A program made the translations under genes and the position numbers. The notes below the pieces were generated by a model. The model ran no database searches. It was given only the letters and a program-made list of their open reading frames with translations, and was not told where the DNA came from. A stretch of 64,000 nucleotides of DNA from Acidobacteriota bacterium (GTDB taxonomy: Bacteria > Acidobacteriota > UBA890 > WLXD01): NCBI GenBank assembly GCA_965205505.1, contig CBDBHB010000009.1, positions 1,024,001-1,088,000 on the forward strand, read 5' to 3'. Shown piece after piece: positions 40,500-49,538 of this stretch (its first letter is position 1; every line of letters starts with the position of its first letter).

Positions 40500-41345
40500 C
40501 TACTGAACGGTCCCGCAGATGGCATGGGCTCTGATGTCGATGGAGGTACCGGCTACATTGAGCAGCGTGCACTCCCAGGTGTCGTCGTCCAGTGGGCGGG
40601 CCCTTCTCCAAACCGCTACGCCCGTCGCGTTGTCCGAGGTGCACCCGCCGCCAAGCAGCTTCTTCCCCACAGTACAGTCTTGAGTTGCTGTGCCTATAGT
40701 GCCGTCCGCGACGGTTATTACCCCCGATTCGAGTCTCTCCCAATTGGATACGCCCGGATCACCCTTCGCGCCGTTCGCTCCGGCCGGACCTTGAGCCCCC
40801 GTCGGTCCGGCAGCCCCCGTCGGTCCGGCAGGCCCCGTCGCTCCTGTAAGTCCTGTAGGTCCAGTCGCTCCAGTCACTCCAGTAGGTCTATCGGCTCCGT
40901 CTGCCCAATCCGCCCCGTCTGCGCCCCGGGATCCCCTCGGGCCAGGCGGGCCAGCATCTCCCAGGACCGCGCCTCCGCTGCCGATGAACACGTACCCTAA
41001 GAGGCGATTACCACGGCTGTCGACACCGCACTCGACCGACAGCCGGTGGCCTGCCGGATCCAAGTTGTCGGGTAGGTCCGCGACGATCAGCTCGGGGTCG
41101 CGCAACTGGACTGAGTCGATGTCCAGTTTGATGATGGAGAGCTTCGCAACTGGATTGCGGCAGAAATTCTCGCCGTAGATGAACATCTGCGTCTCATCGT
41201 CGCTGATGTCCACTCTGCGGATGACCGGCGAACCCGCAGAGCCCGATGCAGCTTCCGCCAACACGGGTAGCTCGAACTGCGCCAGCAGCAGGAGCGAGAC
41301 TGCCATGGTGAGCAGTGCCAGAAATGTGGTGATGTACCGCTTCAT
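40500..41345 (-). CDS. Secreted collagen-like protein
   Basis: GGAGGT RBS, signal peptide, about 22 GXY triplets (two Gly replaced by W and R), Cys-rich C-terminal domain (C..GKKLLGGGC...AHAIC). Confidence 0.85.
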   Translation of the reverse strand: MKRYITTFLALLTMAVSLLLLAQFELPVLAEAASGSAGSPVIRRVDISDDETQMFIYGENFCRNPVAKLSIIKLDIDSVQLRDPELIVADLPDNLDPAGHRLSVECGVDSRGNRLLGYVFIGSGGAVLGDAGPPGPRGSRGADGADWADGADRPTGVTGATGPTGLTGATGPAGPTGAAGPTGAQGPAGANGAKGDPGVSNWERLESGVITVADGTIGTATQDCTVGKKLLGGGCTSDNATGVAVWRRARPLDDDTWECTLLNVAGTSIDIRAHAICGTVQ

Positions 41346-41565
41346 GGCCGGACCTCCCCAGGTTGATAGCGGCACATGCTGAGGCTCCAGCGGACGCACG
41401 CACAACTCCATGAGAGCAACACGCGATTGCCGGTTTGAGTGCCGCAAGCGTCGGTATACGACCCACGAGCACAACCTATCTGTCGTGTCTACGGCGCACT
41501 AGAGAGAAAGCCGTAAAGAACTGTCAAGCGGCGCGGGCGATAACGGCCAAAGCGACAGCGACCAC

Positions 41566-41621
41566 GTGACGCTGGTCACGGGTTCGACGAGCTGAAGCGG
41601 CTCGTGCCGACGGACCCGTAG
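41566..41621 (+). repeat. Direct repeat B (orphan kinase-tail terminus)
   Basis: Encodes VTLVT/FDELKRLVPTDP* with a 4-nt deletion relative to repeat A. Confidence 0.85.
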
Positions 41622-41818
41622 GGCTACTTCTCCCCAGCAGCCTCCAGGAGCAACGCTAGCTGCTGCTCTGGGATCCGACCAGCGTTAAGTCGGCCAGCGT
41701 GCGGATGTTGCATTGGCGTAGGGCTGAGGATGTCTCCAGCCAGATGCCGTCCAAGTGGGCGATCTGGGTGGTCGGGGGTGAGCTTCATGCGGGGAGCCGA
41801 CTCGTCCACGCTGTCGCC

Positions 41819-41979
41819 GTACCAAATCTGTACCAAAACTACCCCGCAAATCCCCCCAAATCACAGTAATCCAGACGATCCGGAACCATGCTTGTAGACG
41901 CTTTAAGTTGTTGAAATAGTTGAGGATAGGTCAAGCTTCACGGTAGTCCTGTTTCCCCTATACAGTTCTTTACACAACT
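41819..41979. other. Putative integration-site (att-like) remnant
   Basis: GTACCAAA direct repeat (41819, 41830), AT-rich TAAGTTGTTGAAATAGTTG, and a 30-bp dyad-like TGTTTCCCCTATACAGTTCTTTACACAACT at the islet edge. Confidence 0.4.
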
Positions 41980-42054
41980 TTGCCCGCCGTCGACGTTGTT
42001 TCTCGGCGCTGTCTGGTCCCATCAATCAAAGGGGATCGAGGAGTGGACGAAAAA

Positions 42055-42151
42055 TCGCTGGATTCGCCGCCGGAAGCCTCTGGACCAGCCGCCCCGAAAC
42101 CCGGGGCGGTCGCCACTGGTCCGGAGGCTTCCAAGGCGGAGGGTCCGGCGA
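42055..42151 (+). other. Long interrupted hairpin (possible ncRNA or terminator-like structure)
   Basis: TCGCTGGATT/GGTCCGGCGA, CCGCC/GGCGG, GGAAGCCTCTGGACCAG/CTGGTCCGGAGGCTTCC and apical GCCGCCCCG/CGGGGCGGT stems. Confidence 0.55.
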
Positions 42152-42206
42152 CGATCGCTTCCGGCGGCACGACGAGGAACGGCCCGAGGCCTCGCGGAAC
42201 CGGTAA

Positions 42207-42665
42207 CTACTCGCCGGTGTGCCCGAAATCGCCCGGTCCACGGTCGGTCTCGGGCAGGTCGTCGACCTCGTCCCAGACGATGCGTGGAACCGGTGTCACC
42301 AGCATCTGGGCGATGCGCATGCCGCGCGTCAGGGTTACGGTCTCGGCTCCGTGGTTGATCAGCGGTACCTTGATCTCACCACGATAGTCGGCGTCGATCG
42401 TCGCCGGCGTGTTGGGCAGTGAAATGCCGTGCTTGATGGCCAGTCCGGACCGCGGTCGTACCTGCGCCTCGTAGCCCGACGGCAGCGCGATCGCCAAACC
42501 GGTCGGCACTAGCTCGATGGCGCCGGGCTGTAGCTCCAACGGCGAAGTTAGCGCGGCGTGCAGGTCGACGGCGGCCGAGTCGTCGGTCTGGTAGCTGGGC
42601 AGCGGTAGGTCATGGGTGCCGGCTAGCCGTCGCACCAGCACACGAATCTCCTCGGGACGGCTCAA
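42207..42665 (-). CDS. dut: dUTP diphosphatase
   Basis: AAVDL, VRPRSGLA, TIDADYRGE, RIAQ, RGPGDFGHTG. Confidence 0.95.
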   Translation of the reverse strand: MSRPEEIRVLVRRLAGTHDLPLPSYQTDDSAAVDLHAALTSPLELQPGAIELVPTGLAIALPSGYEAQVRPRSGLAIKHGISLPNTPATIDADYRGEIKVPLINHGAETVTLTRGMRIAQMLVTPVPRIVWDEVDDLPETDRGPGDFGHTGE

Positions 42666-44011
42666 TCTGCGGGTCCGATCGCCCAGAGGTTGTGCTCAGT
42701 GCGGAAATACATGCGTCCGTTGCTGATCGCCGGGGTGGCGAAGATGGGCTCGCCGAGGGTGTTGGTGGCAAGCACCTCGAACTCCGGGCCGGCTTTGATC
42801 ACGAACACCTCCCCGTCGGTCCCCGCCAGCATGAACTTGCCCTCGAAAGCCACCGGCGATGCCCAGAAGCGTTGCGCGACCGGCATGCGGCCGCCCTCGT
42901 AGATCACCTCGCCGGTATTGGCGTCGAGGCAGCTGACGATGCCGTTGTCGCTGAGCAAGTAAACGTAGCCGCGATACGACAGATTGGAAGGCACGTAGGC
43001 CATCCCCTTGTTGTAGGACCATGCCACGCGCTCAGCGTCCGTTCCGCCCGCTACGTCGTCGAGTCGCACCGCCTTGAGCACCTTGTCCGGGTAGCCCGCG
43101 GTGAACAGGGCGAGGTCGTCATGTAGCAGCGGGTAGTGCACCGCGTTGCTTTGCAACCCGGGAATGCGCCAGAGCTCTTCGCCGGTGCGCGGGTCGTAGG
43201 AGATTATCCATTCGAAGCCGTTGGTCACCAGCTGCGGTTGATCGCTTCGGTCGATCAGCAATGGCGTTGACCAGTTCGACTGCACCCGTCGCGGCTTCTT
43301 CCACGCGACCTCGCCGGTATGTGTGTCGAGCGCCACGATGAACGAGTGGTCGCCTGAGTCCTCGTCGGCGAGCACGATCAGCCGGTTCTCGTACAGCACC
43401 GGCGAGGTGGAGACATCGAGCCCGAACTCCACGACCGGGCCGATCTCGGCGTGCCATAGCTCGTTGCCGTCGAAATCGTAGGCAAACACGCCCGGCACGC
43501 CGAAGTACGCGTACACGGTCTGGCCGTCGGTCACCGCCGTGGGCGAGGCGTACGATCCCCTGCGGGCACGATCGTCGTAGGGCAGGCCGGTGTGGGCGAG
43601 CCGATTCCAGACGAGCTCGCCGCTGTCCGCGTCGATCGCCACCACCCGATACTCGTGCACGAACTGTGAGCCCCAGCTATCGGGATGCCGCCACTCCTCG
43701 CCCTCGAAATAGTGAACTAGTGGCTTGCGCCCGGGAACCTCCTCGCCTTGGATTGCCGTGGTCAGGAAGATGCGGTCGCCCCAGACGATCGGCGAAGAGT
43801 GGCCGCGCCCCGGGATCGCTGTCTTCCAGCGCACGTGCTCTTCCTGGTTCCAACTCGTGAGTAGGCCGGTCTCTTGCGAGATCCGTCGACCGTCGGCGCC
43901 CCCCAGCGCTGGCCAGTTCGAGTCGCTCTCGTCGTTGGCAGCTACCAGCATTGGGAGGCCGAGCAGCAGTGTGACGGCGATCAGCGCCAGGCCCGAGCGC
44001 ACGCTCCGCAT
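42662..44011 (-). CDS. PQQ-like/BamB-type beta-propeller protein
   Basis: Signal peptide; [13 protein letters not shown], repeated [14 protein letters not shown]. Confidence 0.85.
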   Translation of the reverse strand: MRSVRSGLALIAVTLLLGLPMLVAANDESDSNWPALGGADGRRISQETGLLTSWNQEEHVRWKTAIPGRGHSSPIVWGDRIFLTTAIQGEEVPGRKPLVHYFEGEEWRHPDSWGSQFVHEYRVVAIDADSGELVWNRLAHTGLPYDDRARRGSYASPTAVTDGQTVYAYFGVPGVFAYDFDGNELWHAEIGPVVEFGLDVSTSPVLYENRLIVLADEDSGDHSFIVALDTHTGEVAWKKPRRVQSNWSTPLLIDRSDQPQLVTNGFEWIISYDPRTGEELWRIPGLQSNAVHYPLLHDDLALFTAGYPDKVLKAVRLDDVAGGTDAERVAWSYNKGMAYVPSNLSYRGYVYLLSDNGIVSCLDANTGEVIYEGGRMPVAQRFWASPVAFEGKFMLAGTDGEVFVIKAGPEFEVLATNTLGEPIFATPAISNGRMYFRTEHNLWAIGPAD

Positions 44012-44613
44012 GGTGTTCGACTCCAGTTGGGAGGCGGGGAGCGCTTGCCGCCCCGCTGTCGATAGGGAAGCTACCGGGAAGCCGGCCCTGATTCAAACGG
44101 CCGCGTGGACAACGCCCAGAACGAGACCCCGGGAGGAGGCTTCCTGGAACGTCCTCATCAACGCGGTGCGCCTGCCTCGCGTCATCAGGAAACCCTCAGA
44201 GAAAACCGGGAAGTTCCTCAAGTGTCTCGCGGCGTGCTGTTCTAGCTTGGCAAACAGTGAGAGCGACCCGACCCTCCTCGACCCGCCGCTCTCACGCAGC
44301 GAGTCGGCGAAGTGCTCACGCAGTGGTGGCGGCCGGGGTCGTTGGTTAAATCGGCAGATTGGCCAGTGGACAGGATCCCGGTTCGCTAGTCCTGTCTGAT
44401 GGGTGACGAGGGCCCAAACCAAGCGGGGCGATTACCGGAGACAGCCCTCATCGACGCCAGCCTGCTGTCGAGCGGGCCGTCCTGGCTGCCCAACGCTGGT
44501 CGCCTGGACCGAGCACGAACTGCCAACGTGTCGGTTTGAGTGCGTGAACCCTGTGCCGAGATGGGCCTCGCTACCCATCGGCGCGCCTTTGCTGGCGGCT
44601 CCGGTCCCTTTGA

Positions 44614-46761
44614 CTACCAGATCGAAGTCCACGACCGGTATTCTAACTTCTGGATCTGTGCGTCCGGCAGGTAGGGCGGCAGGCAGCTCATGAGCGCCGG
44701 CACCGCGGCCAGGTGGATGCCGGGACCGTTGGCTTTTACTGTGTCGCCGGCGATCACGGCACCCGCGATCTCCACTTCGGGCTCGATCTGGGCGTCTTTC
44801 TCAGCGTAGAACGCGCCCGCGACGAGAATGCCTGCCTCGTCGAAGACGACGTCCTCGGTTGAGGCTACCCCTATGGCGTCGTCGCAGGGGAAGGTGCGCA
44901 GCGGCAGCAGGTCTCCCGCCATCTCGGAGATGTGCTCGCTGATGATCGAGAAGGCGCCAGCGTAGCGTACGCCGGTGATGTAGGCAGGCGGCTGAGGCGT
45001 CTTGGTGTCCTGGATGACACCGCGGTTCATGAAGAGTCGGTGAACCAGGATGACGCCCGACCCGAACAGGCGGCCGTCGGCGGACGGCAGGATGGTTCCC
45101 GTGCCGGGGTCGACTGGCGAGGGAATCGCGGAATCGAGGTACTCGTTCATCTGGTCGATCATCCACTGGATAATGGCAGCACCGGCCGCACCGACGGTGA
45201 CGGCTGGAGGAATCCAGATGAAGCCATGCCGGTAGCCTTCGGGAAACGGGTTACTCGAGCCCGGGATCGCCTCCGGTACTTCTTTGAGGAAGGCCACGAC
45301 GCCGGTGACATCGATGCCGGGGGTTGGTGCTGGAGCGCCGCCGGGGCCCAAATAGGTCTCCTGGCCCCAGCTACCGTCGGCTTGCTCGATGTAGACGTCG
45401 AGCCGCGTACCCGGTGCGGCGTAAAGAAAGGCGTTGTCCACGAGCAGGTCGTAGCGCCTCTCGAGCTGCTCGGCGAAGGCTTGATCGGGGGTGAGCATGG
45501 CGCTGGCGCGGTTGAGGCTGACGTTTCCCTTGCTGCCACCATGGATATTCCAGAAGCTGATATCGAGCCCCGAAACGCCCGAGCCGTCGTTGCTCCCCCG
45601 CAGGTACTCGTAATAGCTGTCGTAGGTGGTGCTGGTGGCCAGATCCGTGAAGGCTTGGTCCTCCATCATCTCCACGAACTCGAAACTCAACATGTCATAG
45701 TCTTCGAGGAAATCGGTCCAGTGGTTGCCGGGATTCGTCCCGGCAAAGGCTCCTTGAGCGAGGTAGGCCCCGTCCAGGCTGTCCTTAATGCCGGCGGGGG
45801 TGGACGCGTCTGCCTCGCCCACCGTCGCCGCTCCCGAGTTGATCTCCGCGCGGCCACTGCGAACGCGGACCTCGGCATTGAGGGAGATGGGATTGCCGAC
45901 GAGCGGCGCGACCGCGGCAGCTAGGGTAGCGTTGAGCCCATCGTAGTTGTTCAAGATCTGGCTCGTGCCTTCCAGCGCGATGGCGGTTGATCCGCCTTTG
46001 CCGATCACATGCACGGAGCCATGCAGCTTGATGTCGTTCGCCAGGCTACCGACGGGCCCATCGCTCAACATGGCATTGTCCCAGATGCTATGGATACTGT
46101 TGCCCAGGACCACTTCGAGCGTGGCCTTCGACGGGTCTGCGGACGTCCCGAACGGGTCGGCAAGGTCCTCCGATGAGCCTTCGACGCGGAGCACGATCTG
46201 ATCGCGGCGAAAGCTCACGGGGCTTCCATCGCCGGGGTTGGTGTTGTCCGAAAGGTTTCTCAGGCCGACCTTGACCCCCCCCATCGGCAGCAGCTCATCG
46301 CTGAGCGCGAAGGGCGCACCCTCGGGTACCTGATACGGCTGCGAGTTAGGTACCACTTGATCAGCGGTACCGTCGCTGTTGGCATCGCGCAGGTCGTAGT
46401 AGAACGTATCCGGCACGCCCGTCACCGAGCCAGCGGCGTCGTCCTGTAGCAGGCCGGCAGGCCAGGTTCCCGGGGGCGCCGGAACGAACAGATACTCGTT
46501 GGACCAGCCGTTGGGGTCGACGAGGTAATCGTAGGAGAGCCAGGGGATTGCGAGCTCGACGGCAGCGTCAGCGGTCAGGAGTGCCTGAGTGCTCGCCGTG
46601 TTGTGGAGGCTCACCGTGTCCTCGATCAGGCTTCTCTGCAGCACTGACATCCCGAACAACGTCAGCCCAAGGGTCAGCAACAGCGCGATCAGCAAGGTGC
46701 TACCGCGCTCCTGCGCATCATCGAAGACCGGCATTGTGGTCTTGTCCTCGTGGCTGTCCAT
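44614..46761 (-). CDS. PilX-like minor pilin with long C-terminal extension
   Basis: ERG|STLLIALLL (no Glu5), QAL..ADAAVE.A; acidic body. Confidence 0.75.
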   Translation of the reverse strand: MDSHEDKTTMPVFDDAQERGSTLLIALLLTLGLTLFGMSVLQRSLIEDTVSLHNTASTQALLTADAAVELAIPWLSYDYLVDPNGWSNEYLFVPAPPGTWPAGLLQDDAAGSVTGVPDTFYYDLRDANSDGTADQVVPNSQPYQVPEGAPFALSDELLPMGGVKVGLRNLSDNTNPGDGSPVSFRRDQIVLRVEGSSEDLADPFGTSADPSKATLEVVLGNSIHSIWDNAMLSDGPVGSLANDIKLHGSVHVIGKGGSTAIALEGTSQILNNYDGLNATLAAAVAPLVGNPISLNAEVRVRSGRAEINSGAATVGEADASTPAGIKDSLDGAYLAQGAFAGTNPGNHWTDFLEDYDMLSFEFVEMMEDQAFTDLATSTTYDSYYEYLRGSNDGSGVSGLDISFWNIHGGSKGNVSLNRASAMLTPDQAFAEQLERRYDLLVDNAFLYAAPGTRLDVYIEQADGSWGQETYLGPGGAPAPTPGIDVTGVVAFLKEVPEAIPGSSNPFPEGYRHGFIWIPPAVTVGAAGAAIIQWMIDQMNEYLDSAIPSPVDPGTGTILPSADGRLFGSGVILVHRLFMNRGVIQDTKTPQPPAYITGVRYAGAFSIISEHISEMAGDLLPLRTFPCDDAIGVASTEDVVFDEAGILVAGAFYAEKDAQIEPEVEIAGAVIAGDTVKANGPGIHLAAVPALMSCLPPYLPDAQIQKLEYRSWTSIW

Positions 46762-46776
46762 CCGTCTATGACTTCC

Positions 46777-47547
46777 TCATTTCTTTTTCTTTTTCTTTTT
46801 CTTTTTCTTCTTATTAATCTCAGAGAGTTCCACGATGCTACTGATCGAGGGGATGCTCTCCAGGCGCGGGGAAATCACCGTCGCTCCGGTATAGGTGACG
46901 ATCTGGTCGGTGAGCAGGTCGTTGCGCTCGGCCGACACCGTCACGGCCAACCTTATGCTCTTCGGCACACCGCTGACGGGGTCGGTCACATACGTGAAGA
47001 GCGGCGTGCCATCGGGGTTGGGCAACACGTTGCGTGCCAGGACCGACACATCCCCCGTGACATTGTCCGTAGAGGTGATGGTTTCGTCGACTGCGTTGTA
47101 GGCAAAGGTCACGTCCTCTCCAGGATCGTTGAGGAAGCCGTCGCCGTTCTCGTTCTCGTTGTCATCTCGAGTGTCGTTGTCGTCGTTGGTGTCGAGCACG
47201 TCCCAGTTGTCGCCGTCGTCGTTGAAGTCGTGCCGCATGTCCATCCGGATCTGCAGGGTCGTGGCCGTGGCCACCGGGTACTTTGCCACGCCCTCGAAGG
47301 CACGGCCCGACGGATCGCTACCCGTCATACGTATCAGGCGCGCAATGTCGTCGACCACCAGGCGGACACCCTGCTGCGAGTAGGCGCGCAGCTCCGAGCG
47401 CGTCCCGATTTCCTGAACGTGGTAGCTCACCGTGTAGGCTGCAGCCATGAAGAACAGGAGTACGAGGCTACCGATGAGAACCTCGAGAATCGAAAAGCCC
47501 GCTGTCTCGCCGGCTTTCTCGACGTGGTTCTTCGCCCCTGTGTTCAT
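46777..47547 (-). CDS. PilW-like minor pilin with poly-Lys tail
   Basis: AG|FSILEVLI prepilin site; IRMTG; Asp/Asn-rich loop; 11 terminal Lys. Confidence 0.8.
   Translation of the reverse strand: MNTGAKNHVEKAGETAGFSILEVLIGSLVLLFFMAAAYTVSYHVQEIGTRSELRAYSQQGVRLVVDDIARLIRMTGSDPSGRAFEGVAKYPVATATTLQIRMDMRHDFNDDGDNWDVLDTNDDNDTRDDNENENGDGFLNDPGEDVTFAYNAVDETITSTDNVTGDVSVLARNVLPNPDGTPLFTYVTDPVSGVPKSIRLAVTVSAERNDLLTDQIVTYTGATVISPRLESIPSISSIVELSEINKKKKKKKKKKK
46780..46812 (-). repeat. (AAAAAG)n microsatellite encoding Lys11
   Basis: Plus strand TTTCTTTTTCTTTTTCTTTTTCTTTTTCTTCTT. Confidence 0.9.
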
Positions 47548-48083
47548 TGGGTTACCGGTTCCGTGAGCAAGCTAGCGGCCTTGAATGACGCCAGCGTCGT
47601 CGCGCGGGTGCCGCCGTATGCGGAGCGTCGAGCACTGACTGTTACGGTGATCCGCTTCACGCCGGCATACGGCAGATCGTCCTCGATGATCCACAGTCGC
47701 GACATGTCAGGATAACCAACCACCGGATCCTCCTGGGGACTGCCGGTGTTCACGGCCGTCAGGCCAGGATCGTCGTAGGCCAACGCGCGTAGCTCCTCGA
47801 GTTTTTGTTGCGCGAGCATGCTAGCGGTGGTCGTGAACTCCGCGTTCTTCGCCACCTTGATGGAGTTGAGCACCATCTCGGAGATGCTCATGAAGGCGAT
47901 GATGAAGATAGCCGAGGCGACCAGCACCTCGATGAAGATAAAGCCCCGCTGCGCCACCCTGCGCGTTGGCGCCGATGGCGACCGGGAACGACGAAGCGCA
48001 CGAGCGGACGCAGCCCCGACCCTGGGCCGGTGTCCTCTACCGGCAAAGCAAGCCGGTGACCACCTCGTCTGACGTGCGCTCAT
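47544..48083 (-). CDS. PilV-like minor pilin
   Basis: RG|FIFIEVLVA; A..LAQQKLEELR; KRITVTV. Confidence 0.82.
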   Translation of the reverse strand: MSARQTRWSPACFAGRGHRPRVGAASARALRRSRSPSAPTRRVAQRGFIFIEVLVASAIFIIAFMSISEMVLNSIKVAKNAEFTTTASMLAQQKLEELRALAYDDPGLTAVNTGSPQEDPVVGYPDMSRLWIIEDDLPYAGVKRITVTVSARRSAYGGTRATTLASFKAASLLTEPVTQ

Positions 48084-48419
48084 GATCTCTATTAACTAGA
48101 TAAACATTTTAAACATCTTGATTATATTTAAATGGATAGGATTGATGAGTGGCAAGCATTGAATAATATTAAAACTCTTTATAAGATAGTAACGGCTCCA
48201 ACCGCTCACCGAGGTCCACATCGGAGCGTGGTGTGGGTGCGCGGGCGGTCGCTCCGGCCGCTAAAGCCGGGGGGCGCCGCTCATGGCAGGCAACGGGTTC
48301 GAGTGGCCGTACGGGGCCCTCTTTTCAGAGACAGACAGCGTAATCGTTTAGAGCTTTGGAAGTTATTTGCTGTCTAATACTATTTATTAATATCAATTTG
48401 GAGGACAGGGCTTCTTCTC
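48084..48419. promoter_or_regulatory. AT-rich divergent promoter region between the pilin cassettes
   Basis: Two strongly AT-rich blocks (about 48088-48192 and 48340-48400) between head-to-head pilV-like genes. Confidence 0.55.
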
Positions 48420-48845
48420 GTGATTGTCAAGACGATAGAGCTGATCTCAGGTGCTGCTCCGTGGTCCGAGGTGCGTGCTCGCTTCGACGCCGGGTTCGCC
48501 CTGCTCGAGTTGCTGGTTTCCGTGACCCTCGTGATGCTGGTGATCCCGTTCGTCGTCGGCCTGCAGATTGGCGCCATGAAGATGAACACCGGTTCGCTCG
48601 AGCTCGACGCAGGAGTCTGGGCGGCGCAAGCGAAAATGGAAGAGCTGTGGTTGGCGCCGTTTGCCTCAGTTGTTGACGGCACGGAAGATATCCAGCTGGG
48701 CGACGGCCGCTTGTTGACCATGACCTGGAGCGTGCAGCCGAGCCAGCCGGCCCCTGGCCTCAAGACAGTCACCATCGAAGTGGTCGACAGCTCCAACCCG
48801 GATGCCGAGCCCTCGCAGATGGTCCTCGTGAAGGTGCCGGAATGA
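48420..48845 (+). CDS. PilV-like minor pilin
   Basis: AG|FALLELLVS; AQAKMEEL; LKTVTIEV. Confidence 0.78.
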   Translation: MIVKTIELISGAAPWSEVRARFDAGFALLELLVSVTLVMLVIPFVVGLQIGAMKMNTGSLELDAGVWAAQAKMEELWLAPFASVVDGTEDIQLGDGRLLTMTWSVQPSQPAPGLKTVTIEVVDSSNPDAEPSQMVLVKVPE

Positions 48846-49538
48846 TGCGGCGCCCGGGCGAGCGCGGCGCGTCGATGATCGAGTTGCTGATCGCCACAAC
48901 GATCATGACGATCGTCTTCATGTCGGTCACGCGTGTGCTAGTGCGAACCCAGGTCGGCTACGAGTACAGCGGCTCCACCATAAACCTTCGGCAGAGTGCC
49001 CGTTTGGGTCTGAACCGAATGGTCAACGAGCTCCGGATGGCAGGCTACGGCCTCAGCGGCGTCTCGGACACATTCACCACCGCGAGCGCCGTGGAGGTGT
49101 CCTTCGCATCGGATATCGACGATGGAGCGCTGTCGCCGCCTTGCACAATCGAGAGCGGCGACGATGGCGTGGAGCACGTCACCTATCGGATCTCCACCGG
49201 CCTGCTGGAACGTCGTGTCGAGTGCTGGAGCGGTGGCTCCTGGGTGCTCGAGCAGTCGTTCCAGCCGATTACCGATCAGGTCGAGAACGCGGAGTCGAAT
49301 TTCACCTACTTCGACGCCCGTGGGCAACCAGATCGGCGCCTCCGGTGCGCCGATGAGCGCCACCTTGCGAAACCAGATACGCCGCGTGCGGATTACGCTG
49401 GCCTTGGTAGATAGTGCGCCTGAGTTGCCAGGCATGCCGGCGTCGCGTTATCGCGCCGCGACAGACGTGGCGATCCGCAACTTCTTCGATGGCGGAGCTG
49501 GTGACGGGGGCGGCAAAGGCTCCGGCAAAGGCAAATGA
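48842..49538 (+). pseudogene. PilW-like minor pilin with a +1 frameshift near 49317-49324 (real or sequencing error)
   Basis: RG|ASMIELLIA, ELRMAGY; removing one base joins FTYFDA to GNQI...IRRVRITL...VAIRN. Confidence 0.75.

Noticed and set aside
44012-44613. 600-bp intergenic stretch with short ORFs
   Set aside because: No convincing coding motif, repeat or RNA family could be supported
46761-46779. Selenocysteine read-through fusing pilW to the in-frame pilX
   Set aside because: No SECIS-like hairpin after the TGA; pilX has its own RBS and prepilin leader
48084-48419. Invertible promoter or sigma-54 promoter
   Set aside because: No flanking inverted repeats or recombinase seen; GG-to-GC spacing of the candidates is not 10 nt
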